From NCBI RefSeq assembly GCF_006345805.1, contig NW_021832857.1, forward strand, positions 1 to 64,000: a stretch of 64,000 nt of DNA, written 5' to 3'. The translations under genes and the position numbers were made by a program. This document shows positions 52,777 to 64,000 of this stretch, piece by piece (positions within the stretch are counted from its first letter, which is position 1; every line of letters starts with the position of its first letter). The notes below the pieces were generated by a model. It did no database searches. It was given only the letters and a program-made list of their open reading frames with translations, and was not told where the DNA came from. The DNA comes from Octopus sinensis (Eukaryota).

Positions 52777-55177
52777 AGTTCTGGCTTTTGTCTCCACTCC
52801 AGTAACACTTGACCTAAAGAGTAAGGTCAGCATTGGGGGGTGTGGTGGTAGGCATTGTTTCTTATGTTCAACACTTCTCTACCCACCACCACCCCTGCTG
52901 TCCCCCCCCCCCAACTCAGTTTCCTTTTTTTCCCCTGAAACATCAACACTTCAACATTATACATACAGTAGACACATCATCCATATATATATATATATAG
53001 ATATATAGATAGATAGATAGATAGATATATTAATGTTTATTTTTATGTCAAGTTGCAATAAAAACAACCTCACATAAAACTCTAAATTTTTTTATAGGTT
53101 CCTTCTTCTATTATCTTTTACTTGTTTCACTTGTTAGACTGTGGCCTTGCTGGGGCACCACCTTGAGAATTTTTCATTGAATGAATCAACCCCAGTGATT
53201 TTTTTTTTTCTTTTGAAGCTTGTTATTTATTGTGTCAGCCCCTTTTGGTATGTTACAGGGATACAAACACTCAGTGGTGGGGGACAGACACAGTCACAAA
53301 GACACACAGACATATCCACTCAAAAGCTTTGGTCGACCCAAGACTGTAGTGGAAAACACTTGCCTAACTGCCCTGCCTTGGGACTGAACCTTTAACCCTG
53401 CAGTTGGGAAGCAAATGTCTTACCATACTCTCATGCCTGCACATTTATTCAACTTTTACAAGAAAAGGGGTGACAATGACTTCAAAATTTCAGCCTGCTG
53501 GTCCTCGTCAGATAGGCCAGCAAAACACACACACACTCTCTCTCATACACACACACACTCTCTCTCATACACACACACTCTCTCTCTCATACACACACAC
53601 ACTCTCTCTCATACACACACACACTCTCTCTCATACACACACATGCACTTTCACCATCAATGCCCTAAGCACTCGAAAGATGTCTCAAAACGAAACAAAA
53701 AGAGAGAAAATAATGTTTATTTTATTTCCGATTTATTTAGATTTGAAAAGTTTCCTCCAACTTTTTTGAATTGCAAAGTCTTTGATCAGATCCTCAAAAG
53801 TAATGTAACACATCTGCATCTATACTTAGTAGAGACAAAGGCATCCCGAATGTTATTTTTGGCAAGTTTAAAGGGATTTCTTTTGTGCTGTAAACCATTT
53901 ACCATTTCTGTCGTGCCCCCTCCCCTTCCCTTGATGCTCTGAGCGCGTGCTTATTTCGCTTAATGGTTAATCTAGTACTGACTCTCACCACACACATACA
54001 CACATGTGTGCACACGAACACTCTATGTCCATTGTGGAAAATCATCCTGTTGCCTTCCTTTGCCAGAAGGGAACAGACATTGTTTATCTGTCTTGTGGCC
54101 TTAAACGAAAGAGGTTGTGTGGTGGACGAAATGGAAAGGGCTGAAAACAAACAGCTTCCTCTGGGTAAGTGAAGAGGAAGTGCTTCTTTGTTGACTGGTG
54201 GAGGAGAAGAGGAAGCATTGTCTTAGTGAATGGGCCCACTTTGAGTATACATCTGTAGATTGGAAGAGAACAACTGAGAGAAGGCACTAGCCGTACGGGC
54301 CAGGGGGACCATGTCTTTGTGGGGTTTCTGTGACTGGTCCTCAGAAGTCTCCTTCTTTTAAGGAATCATTCACTCTTACCATTGTTCTTCTTCTTTATTA
54401 TTATTACTATCATCCACGGCATGAAAGGCAGTGAGCTGCTGGTAGAGTCATTAGCATGTCAGACAAAATGCTTGTGAGCTTTTCATCTGTCTTTACGTTC
54501 TGAGTTCAAACTCCACTGAGGTCAGCTTTGCCTTTCATTCTTTTGGGATGGATAAAATAAATACCAGTTGCATACTGGGTTCAATGTAATCCACTCCCCC
54601 CTCCCCCCCACCTGCCTGTAATAGAAAGGATTATTATCTGCAACATAAAATGGCAAGATAAGGTGTCAAATGTCAAGATTTTCGTGAAATGTGATATTTC
54701 CTGTGTTGAAAGTATGCGGATTGGCAAGACATGTTCTAATGCAAGAAAAATATTTTGTCTGGCTGACAAGCAGAGGGATTCCCTGGTAAAGGAAGACCTG
54801 TCCTTAGGTATACAGATCAGTTGAAGCAATCCTTCAAGTCTTTACAACTTAATTCGACATCGTAGAAAAGTCATTTGTCTACATTGATCCGAGTGGTGTG
54901 AAATGTGTTAGGATGCCTCTAATTAATTTGAGTTGAAGAAACAGAACAACGAAAGAATTCTATCCTGCAATCAACAGACACATTTGTCCAATCCCAGGTA
55001 GAATCAATATCATCATTGTCCCCCATTGCAAATAGATACAGCTTCTTTTTTTTAATTTTTAATCCTTTTTCTTTTTTAACTTTGGCAAACAGTCATACAT
55101 TGAAATCGAGAGGAGAGGCCTCCATCATCATCATTATTAAATATCTAATTGCTGTGTGTCTTTTCTTCCCCCAACAG

Positions 55178-55276
55178 GTTGTTAAACTGAAGCAAGTTGA
55201 ACACACATTAAATGAAAAACGAATCTTGCAAGCAGTCTCTTTCCCTTTTCTCGTCAGTCTTGAATATCATTATAAG
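55178..55276 (+). CDS. Pka-C1: PKA catalytic subunit, exon 4: [33 protein letters not shown]
   Basis: ccaacag acceptor, gtaagt donor, 99 nt. Helix C (NEKRIL); also visible in ORF 55016..55552. Confidence 0.97.
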
Positions 55277-55335
55277 GTAAGTCTTCAGAAATACAGGTGT
55301 GTGTGTGTGTGTGTGTGTGTGCATATGTATATACA

Positions 55336-55394
<59 letters not shown>

Positions 55395-55678
55395 GTATAC
55401 AAATTGAGATAGGGGTTGTAAATGCAACCCTCCTATATGTATATTCTCTTTTTTATATATATTCTACTTATTATACAACATTACTCTTTTATGTACACTT
55501 TTTTATGTACACTCCTTTATGTACACTGATTTGTTCTGCTTTTTATATTTAACCCTACAGTCTCTTATGTGGTGGTTTAATAAAGTATGTGATTGAGTAT
55601 TATCTGGTAATTGATATTTGATTTAGGTGTATTTCTCCATTTTCTTATCTTGTGTATATATATATATACATATATATA

Positions 55679-55863
55679 TGGCATGTAAAAAGCACCCACT
55701 ACACTCGCGGAGTGGTTGGCGTTAGGTAGGGCATCCAACTGTAGAAACACTGCCAGATCAGACTGGAGCCTGGAGCAGCCCCTGGCTCCCCAGACCCCTG
55801 TCGAACCGTCCAACCCGTGCTAGCGCGGAAAACGGACGTTAAACGATGATGATGATGATGATG
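55679..55863 (+). mobile_element. RTE LINE 3' tail
   Basis: ggcatgtaaaaagcacccactacac...aacggacgttaaac(GAT)n, in PKA intron 4. Confidence 0.85.
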
Positions 55864-56617
55864 TATACATATAAATGAATAATAACAGACAATGGATAAT
55901 TGTCAGCTTCTATTTTTAAATAGAAGAATGACAACATTAGCTTATTACAAAAAACCATAATCATCAGGTGAAACATCCTAGAAGCATAGGTTTATCCAAC
56001 CCTACCTGGTGCATATCTTTTCAAGTACCCAATTCTTTCTGAATCCTTATTTTACTATGTATACACACACACACACACACACACCTTTAAACTTCTCTGA
56101 ATTAAGAACTGAAATGTTAGATCCTCTCTACCCTGATGATGGAGGCTTGTCTCATCCTAAGTTGAATATAGTCGCATTTCATAAGGAACTAAATCTCCCG
56201 ACATTATTATGGATCGCCTAACCCCCACAAACAGCTGGTGGACTTACAGTATCTTTCTTCCGCCTCTTTCATTTTCTCTGTTGTTTGTACTCTTTGTAAG
56301 TTGGACCTGTTTATGTAAATATCTACAGATTTATACATATAAATTCATCATTTGAAAGTTTCAACCTTTCACTTTCTCCTGATTTGCATGTATACATATA
56401 TACATGTTTTGTATTTAATACATTTGATGAGCCTAATTTCTTTATCCACATAATTGCCTCCATTTCTGCTCAATTTGATCCCTTTTATAGCCATTCTTTA
56501 TGCTGTGGAATTGATATCCTGTAAAGACATCCGAGTCAAAGTTTGAATCTTTTGGGCACTACCAAGTGTCTTCTATATGAAGAATATCTGGATCTCCTCT
56601 GTGAACTATGTGTGTAT

Positions 56618-56660
<43 letters not shown>

Positions 56661-56702
56661 TACATACACACATATATCATCATCATCATCATCATCATTT
56701 AA

Positions 56703-57445
56703 CGCTCAACTGGTTATGGTCAAGCAACTGACAAGCAAGTCTCATGGTATTGAGCAGAATATTTGCTGTAGCCCATCTTTTATACCAAGACAAAACAATG
56801 TACATGATAACACCTCCTGTCAGTTAAGATCAGGAGCAATGAGAGCCACTGCCTGGGACTGCATCAGGCATTTATTATTATTATCATTGAGTGAGAGAGC
56901 AGTGCTGCCATCAAAGTGACACTGGGGTAAGATTTACAAAGCCCAGTATACCCGTCTGATAAGGGTACACTAGGCACATGCGTCACGACCATATGTGTGT
57001 GACATGGTAATCTCATATCAAGATAAACAGCACATGACCTTGCAGATGGGGCCCAGTCAGAATTTTCTTGTGATTGAGTAACCCATCCCGCTCAAAAGGC
57101 CCCTGAATAAGGTTTGTTTAAGGATGATGAACAAAGCACCCATGTTTTCAGAGGTGAACTATTCAAACACCAAAGAATCCCTCTCAACACATGGCTATGA
57201 TGCTCCCCCACTACTTCTGCTCGTGGTCAGAGATGCACATATCGTCAGCCACTAAGGGTCATGCTCAACTGGTTAAGGTCAAACAACTGACAAGCAAATC
57301 TGTGGTATTGAGCTGAATATTTGCTGTAGCCCATCTTTTATACCAAGACAAAACAATGTACATGATAACACTTCCAATCAGTTAAGATCAGAAGCCATGA
57401 GAGCCATTGCCTGGTTCTGCATCAGGGCAGAGGATTATTATTATT
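56703..57445 (+). mobile_element. Interspersed repeat in tandem: 3' fragment (56703-56869) followed by a longer copy ending in the same 170 bp (57263-57425) and an (ATT)n tail
   Basis: gctcaactggtta.ggtcaa.caactgacaagcaa...gcccatcttttataccaagacaaaacaatgtacatgataacac occurs twice. Confidence 0.75.
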
Positions 57446-57446
57446 A

Positions 57447-57840
57447 AGCTGGCAGAATCGTTAGCATGCTGAGCGAAACGCTTAGCAGTATTTCGTCTGC
57501 CGTTACGTTGTGAGTTCAAATTCCGCCGAGGTTGACTTTGCCTTTGATCCTTTTGGGGTCGATTAAATAAGTACCAGTTACGCACTGGGGTCGATATAAT
57601 CAACTTAAACCGTTTGTCTATCCTTGTCCGTCCTCTCTGTGTTTAGCACTTTGTGGGTAGTAAAGAAATAGGTATTTTGTCTGCTGCTACATTCTGAGTT
57701 CAAATTCTGCCAGGATTGACTTTGCCTTTCATCCTTTCGGGATTGATTAAATATCTACCAGTTACACACTGGGGTCAATGTAATCGACTTAATCCCTTGC
57801 CCCAAATTTGAGGCCCTGTGCTTCCTGTAGAAAGGATTAT
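57447..57840 (+). mobile_element. Two tandem SINEs of the 1067/2102 family
   Basis: Head gctggcagaatcgttagc, core gccgaggttgactttgcctt, ends aaagaaatagg; the second copy ends (ATT)n. Confidence 0.75.
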
Positions 57841-58039
57841 TATTATTATCATTATTATCATTATTATGATTATGATTTCTTTTTATCTCAGGTTTTGTTG
57901 TGATTACTGAAGTCTTGCACACGTAGCGGGCTTGCTGCCTGCAGCCACTGGTACCACGCTGTCTATTCTTTTTCCTGATTATTCTGAATGTTGTTATCAT
58001 TATTGATGTTCTTATTCTTATTGTTGTTGTTGTTTGCAG

Positions 58040-58122
58040 GACAATTCCAATCTTTATATGGTTCTAGAGTTTGTGACTGGCGGAGAGATGTTTTCTCACC
58101 TGAGACGGATAGGAAGGTTTAG
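58040..58122 (+). CDS. Pka-C1: PKA catalytic subunit, exon 5: [27 protein letters not shown](S)
   Basis: tttgcag acceptor, gtgagt donor, 83 nt, ends in phase 2 (AG of a split Ser codon). Confidence 0.97.
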
Positions 58123-58831
58123 GTGAGTAACAAAACTCGGTATTAATTCTTTTGAGTTACATAGCACCCCACCCACCCCCGTATCTCCTAGCATTTGGTC
58201 AGGTCTGTTCCTTAAAAGACTTTGTTGATTTTGTTTGAAATTTCCCCTCTACCCTCCCCACTGCCAATGTAGGGATATTTTTAAAGTGCTACAAGGGTCA
58301 TCCCTACGTGGTCCCACAAAAGAAATATGGTTTCCATCAGCTGTGAACCTCCTTTTGGAGTGCAGAGTGGTTATGACCCGCATTGTATGGGGTGAGGTTA
58401 CAGTGGGTTCATCCTCACAGCAAATATAGAGGGGTCATTTACTCCTTTGTATAAGGTCCTGTCTAGAAATAAGGGGTTGTTTCTCAGGTTCATCTGTTGT
58501 CAACACACCCCTTATATACTCTTCAATTGTGTCTAATGTATTAGAGTGGGTCATACTGCTAATATAACACACACATTGGTTATATTTCATTTCAGTTTAG
58601 GTTTGTCCAAAGTTCTTTCATCACAGCCTGTAATGATGGCTGTGCCCCCCCCCCATACACCTTTGTGCTAACATACACTCCTTGTGTGTTGTTCTATATT
58701 TTGAATCAGAGTATGACTCTCCTAAAGTACAACAACATTAGCTTGTTGAGCACAGGATTCACATCAAGAAACATGTGAAACAAAAACAAAAATTCCACAC
58801 ACACGTGATTGTGTGTGTGTATGTATGTGTG

Positions 58832-58863
<32 letters not shown>

Positions 58864-59015
58864 TATATATCACGTGACCGACCAGACTATCAGTTGTTGT
58901 TACACATCGCTGGTCACAATGCGTTTGCATTGTTTTAGCCTTCAAATGACGCCACCCCACTGGCTAAGCGAGCAGGCCAATAGAAGAAAGAGTGAAAGAA
59001 AGAGTACAGCAGTGG

Positions 59016-59170
59016 AGGCGCAATGGCCCAGTGGTTAGGGCAGCGGACTCGCGGTCGTAGGATCGCGGTTTCAATCCTCAGATCGGGCATTGTGAGTGTT
59101 TATTGAGCAAAAACACCTAAAAGCTCCACGAGGCTCTGGCAGGGGGCAGTGATCCCTGCTGTACTCTTTC
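59016..59170 (+). mobile_element. tRNA-type SINE head
   Basis: ggcgcaatggcccagtggttagg (A box) ... ggtttcaatcc (B-box-like); no tRNA 3' acceptor stem. Confidence 0.65.
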
Positions 59171-59181
59171 ATCACACTTTC

Positions 59182-59217
<36 letters not shown>

Positions 59218-60679
59218 ATATGTATTAGGCTGTTGTTCTTAAAGCCTTGGTGTCTCCAAAGCCCTTCCATGAATGCCATATATTATTGATAGCTGTTAGC
59301 ACAAGGAGTTCTATTCCCCGCACTAATTCTGATATAAAATAGCTTCAACACTTCCACCTCCTTGTAAATCTGGTGTCAGTGGGTAATATGGGTAGGGCTG
59401 GGAGTGTTTGGGGCCTCACTTAGTGGATGTGTTGGGTTGTAGAAGTGGGGCTACTTTGGTTCATGAAACGGGGGCATTTGTGCTGGTTTTACTTCAGTGG
59501 AAACTTGGAAGTAAAACGTTTGTTTTAATGTAATTTCATATATATACATACATAAATATATATGTATATATCCATCCATCTATCTATATATTTATATGTA
59601 TGTATATACACATGTATGTATAAATGTCAAATGTGTTTTCAATTTTATTTTGCTATGAATTTTGTGATTTGATTCCAGCGTTAGTTCAAAGCTCTCTAGG
59701 TACACACACACTCACAAAGCAAATTCGAGAGGCAGGGTAGGAACCCTGTAGGTTATAGTCATTAACTGTTCCCTAATTACTTGGTGTCCTTTATGAGTTA
59801 TAAAGTAGGGATTGGGCAGTGTTCTGAAAGTGTCACTGGCATGAGGGGTTCAAGCTGTGGTCTCACACGTGAAGGACGACACATTAATGTTGTGGGCCAG
59901 GTTTGTTGAATCCCTTTTTGTCTGTGATGCTGACAGCAGCCTTGCACCTAATACCTCAGATGGCCTAGCTATAATACACACACACACAATTCCATGTGGC
60001 CCTTTTTTGCTCCTATCTCGATATGCCAGTAATTGTAAGTAGAAAGGTGTTGGTGTTGGAAGGTTCACCTGTCCTTTATGTAATTAGGAAACCAGGCGAG
60101 AAATAAAAGATTAGTGGGGGATGAAGGTTATCTTTGACCAGTCAACATTGACTTGTCTCACTTGAAAGGTACCTCACCCCTCAATGCGACAACATTCAAT
60201 GATCAGACGTATCAGAGTTCAGGTGATACTTTCCCTTTGTCCAGGGACGGCTATGATGGGATTTGAGCTCTTTTACACAAGGGTCACTTGTAAGGGACCA
60301 CATGAAGAGAATGGTTCATTTCTAATTCAGTTTTGGGTAAAATGCAATGATTTTGCAGTCCTTACTGACTCGTTTACTCTCACTTTCTCTACTTCCTCAG
60401 TCTCCCCAAATCTTTCCCCTGTCTCATCAGGTCACATGACCTGTTACCATTGTGCCACAACAGGGTCCACTGACATTTATGTAGGGTCTCTTTACAGAAA
60501 GGGACCCTTTTTTTGTCTACCACTTCAGCCATGTTTGTCATGTAGCTTTATTGTAGAGGGCAGCACCAGTCAGACATCCTGGCAACTTCACCACAATCAG
60601 TATTTGACACCAGGGTATTACTGGTACATGATGGAAACAAAACTGAGGAATGAATCAATAGCTAATCAACTGATCGAGA

Positions 60680-60990
60680 AGGCGTATGGCTTAGTGGTTA
60701 AGAGATTCAGCTAACAATCGTAAGGTTGTGAGTTCAATTCCAGGCAGCACACTGTGTTCTTGAGCAAGACACTTTACTTCACCTTGTTCAAGTCCACTCA
60801 GTTGGCAAAAATGAGTTGTACCTGTAATTCACAAGGGTCAGCCTTGTCACATTCTCTGTCATGTTGAGTTTGCCTGAGAACCACATTAATGGGACCTTGT
60901 CTGTGGGGTACTCAACCACTTGCATGTAAATTTCATGTGCAAGCTGTTCTGCTGATCGGATCAACTGGAACGCTGCTCATTGTAACCAGC
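60680..60990 (+). mobile_element. tRNA-type CORE-like SINE in PKA intron 5
   Basis: tggcttagtggtt (A box), gagttcaattcc (B box), gtgttcttgagcaagacacttt (CORE-like). Confidence 0.7.
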
Positions 60991-61277
60991 TGAGAGCCAA
61001 ACCTGCCTGGCCTGCTAATCAACCGATCGGTTAATCTATATAACAGACTAGCTAATCAATCAATCAATCAGATAATCTATAAAACAGATCAATGTTATAG
61101 ATCAATAGTGAATGCAATAACTGGGAGTATCAAGTTCCATTGATTCACCTCTCACCCCTACCTACCCACTTACGACCCCCTCTTCGGGACCCATCTGTCC
61201 CCTCACACTAGATGTTCAGGTCAGGGTTGTAGGAGAGGTTTGTTGTTGTGTAACATGTTTCATTTCTTCTGCTTCAG

Positions 61278-61404
61278 TGAACCTCACTCCAGATTTTATG
61301 CGGCTCAAATCGTGTTGGCGTTTGAGTATCTGCACTACTTGGATATCATTTACAGAGATTTAAAACCTGAGAATTTGCTTATTGATTCATCTGGTTACTT
61401 GAAA
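61278..61404 (+). CDS. Pka-C1: PKA catalytic subunit, alternative exon 6A: [42 protein letters not shown]
   Basis: gcttcag acceptor, branch-like tgtaac near 61250, gtaagt donor, 127 nt, intact YRDLKPEN catalytic loop. Confidence 0.95.
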
Positions 61405-61527
61405 GTAAGTAAAGCCAGCAGTTGTTGGCAGACTTGAAAGTCTTTTGTAGAACAAGATGATGAAGAGGAGGAGAAAGAAGAAGAAGAAGAAGAAGAAGGA
61501 AAAACAGAAATGATGTCGATTGATTTC

Positions 61528-61749
61528 TTTCTCAGAATTGTTTTAAACCATAAGAAACAGCAGCCCCCTGAAGTCTTGCTCTTCCCCATCGATCCCTTCC
61601 CTTTCAATATTGAACTTCTTTCCCATTACCCACCTTTATCGTTTCATTTCATTCCCCAGTAATTCATATGTCTCCTCTCCTGACCCCTTCTTTTCTACCA
61701 CTGTAAATTAAATCCCACCACTTCCACTCGTCAGTTATTATTTGGTCAT

Positions 61750-61785
<36 letters not shown>

Positions 61786-62214
61786 CTGCAAGGGTCATCA
61801 CAGACAACTCAAGTTTGGTCAACAATCGAAGACTGGGGATTGCTTGAGCTATAACTGTGTTGTATCAGCGATTAGCTATAATACATCCATGGATTTGGTG
61901 TGGATCAGGGATCAACTATAATACATCTCTTCATCTAATGTGCATTAGGGATTCACTATAATACATCTGTGGATCTGTTGTGGATCAGGGATCGACTATG
62001 ACACATCTGTTGATCTGTTGTGGATCAGGGATCAACTATGACACATCTGTTGATCTGTTGTGGATCAGGGATCAGCTACAGTCCAGTTCTTTTCCCATTC
62101 AGTTTAATCCTGAGATACGCTCCTTTCCAACCCTTAAAATACTTTATGTAATATTTTCTGAAATGAATTAATCCAAGATTATCCTAATCCTGTGTTTAGA
62201 TCAATTCTGAGAAA
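61528..62214 (+). promoter_or_regulatory. Candidate long-range intronic RNA stem between exons 6A and 6B (61528-61548 paired with 62194-62214)
   Basis: tttctcagaattg is the exact reverse complement of caattctgagaaa. The pairing extends over ttttaaac/gtttagat with one U-U mismatch and one G-U pair. Confidence 0.5.
61861..62080. repeat. 40-bp minisatellite, about 5.5 units (tggatcagggatcaactatgacacatctgttgatctgttg)
   Basis: Units start at 61861, 61901, 61941, 61981, 62021 and 62061. Confidence 0.9.
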
Positions 62215-62392
62215 TGATGATGCCTGCATCATTTTATTTTCTTCTTTTTATTTAATCTTTATTATTTGTTTTTTTCTTTTTCACAGCTGTTCAACCTTGT
62301 GTGACCGAATGTGACTTTGCTGTTGCCTGGTCTTTTTGTTGTTTGTCTCTATCATCGTAACCCTTTTGCCCTTTTGCCCTTTTTCTCTACAG

Positions 62393-62519
62393 TGAGCTGC
62401 ATTCCCGATTCTATGCCGCACAAATCGTGTTGGTGTTGGAATATTTACATCACTTGGATATAATGTATCGCGACCTCAAACCTGAGAACTTGCTCATAGA
62501 CTATCTGGGTTATTTGAAG
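62393..62519 (+). CDS. Pka-C1: PKA catalytic subunit, alternative exon 6B: [42 protein letters not shown]
   Basis: Strong pyrimidine tract plus ctacag acceptor, branch-like cgtaac near 62356, gtattg donor, 127 nt, same phases as 6A, intact YRDLKPEN. Confidence 0.92.
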
Positions 62520-62962
62520 GTATTGTACCTCACCTCGCTCTCATCTTGTCATGGGGATGCTTCTAGGACACCCGCCACAGCGCCCACCACCCAAGAAAAA
62601 AAGTCAGTAGCAGCAGCTACTATCTCTCTATCTATCTATATATACACATATGTGTGTATATACATACATACTTACATACATGCATATATATATATATATA
62701 TGTATGTATGTATGTATAATGTATTTCTACATACATTCATGTGTGTGTATATAGCCTGCATCTCTGCAATACACCCGCACAAAATGGTGGGATTTTTGCA
62801 TTTCATGCTTTCACATCGTTGCCATGGTGATGGGGCTCCAACATTCAATTAGCAAATTGAATCTCTTTTCCTTCTTTTTTTTTCTCCATTTTATATATTT
62901 TTTCCCCCTTTTTTAATTACATCTGTTCATCTCTCATACATATATATATATATATATAATAT

Positions 62963-63034
<72 letters not shown>

Positions 63035-63247
63035 GTGTGCCTCTCCATGTTACCCTTTTTAAAATCTTTAAACATTCCATTCTTTGTCTCCCCCACTCCT
63101 AAACCAGTCAATCTTCACGGAACAGTTCTTCCCCACCCCCAGTTCATTTCACGCTTCTCTGCATCGCTGAACTCACATGCATACTATACACACATCACGC
63201 ATTATATAATGTGTGTCTGTGTGTATATATTTACGTGTATGTGTGTG

Positions 63248-63290
<43 letters not shown>

Positions 63291-63719
63291 TCCACACTAA
63301 ATAATTCTTTTTGCTACGATTTCATGTTTTTTCTTTTTCTTTTTAACATATGTGGGTTTTTTCTCAGGTTTCTTTCTCTCTCTCTCACTCTCTCTTTCTC
63401 TGGTGTTGTTTTTTCCTAACCCCTAAATTGGTCCTTAAACTGTTCATAATTTGTCGTCTTCTTTTCCATATGTTAACAGCTTTTTCATGTGTGAACCTTC
63501 TCTCTCTCTCTCTCTCTCCTCATACACATACTTTGACTTTATATACACCCACCACCACCATCACACACAGCTCCTGGCGTTGTTGTTGTCGTCGTCAAGG
63601 TTTTCTGATCCCTTTTTTTTTTTTTTTTCCAACTGCAAACCCTCCTGTGTACCAAGTCATGAGCTGGGTTCAATTCCTTTGAGTGTATCCACCAACTGTT
63701 GTTATTATCTTTATTAAGC

Positions 63720-63950
63720 TGATGAACTGGCAGAATCGTTAGCGTGCTAGACAAAATGCTTAGCGCTATTTTGCCTTTCACTACGTTCTGAGTTCAAATT
63801 GCACCAACGTCAACTTAACCTTTCATCCTTTTGGACTCGATAAAATAAATACTAGTTGTAGACTGGAGTTGAGTTGATGTCATCGACAAGTCCCCTTCCC
63901 TAAAATGGCTGCCCTTGCGGCAAGATTTTAAACCATTATTATTATTATTA
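63720..63950 (+). mobile_element. SINE of the 1067/2102 family
   Basis: gaactggcagaatcgttagcg...gagttcaaatt...cctttcatccttttgg; (ATT)n tail. Confidence 0.7.
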
Positions 63951-64000
63951 AGGCAGTGAACTGCTTGAATAATTAACATGTCAGATAAAATGCCTTGTGG

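Noticed and set aside
59016-59090. Possible tRNA gene
   Set aside because: Has A/B-box-like words but no 7-bp acceptor stem and continues into SINE body sequence.
58380-62533. ggggtgaggttaca (about 58389) pairing with tgtacctcacctc next to the 6B donor as a docking site
   Set aside because: 13 bp with a bulge and G-U over 4 kb; similar cctcacc words occur elsewhere in the intron, so it is not distinguishable from chance.
62520-64000. A third exon-6 variant or exon 7 (VTDFGFAK)
   Set aside because: No matching coding sequence seen before the window ends.

Overview
AT-rich, microsatellite-dense animal genomic DNA. The repeat families point to a coleoid cephalopod, most likely Octopus (inference). 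The only host gene I can support is a cAMP-dependent protein kinase catalytic subunit (PKA-C) on the + strand. Exons 2-5 (25775-58122) have the same lengths and phases as vertebrate PRKACA. They are followed by TWO tandem 127-nt versions of the catalytic-loop exon (61278-61404 and 62393-62519), which must be mutually exclusive. The canonical first exon and exons 7 onward were not found and are probably outside the window. A candidate long-range RNA stem lies between the two alternative exons. The rest is transposon-derived: RTE LINE copies (one young, with a PHD-type finger inside the RT, and 3'UTRs that repeatedly expand into tandem arrays), tRNA-type SINEs, decayed mariner, Tc1, hAT, Helitron-like and RLE-LINE pieces, and several fold-back palindromes that carry minimal hammerhead-ribozyme-like cores of the Penelope type. 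Most ORFs in the supplied track are microsatellite or repeat artefacts. All pairings and alignments were done by eye; no searches or folding programs were run.
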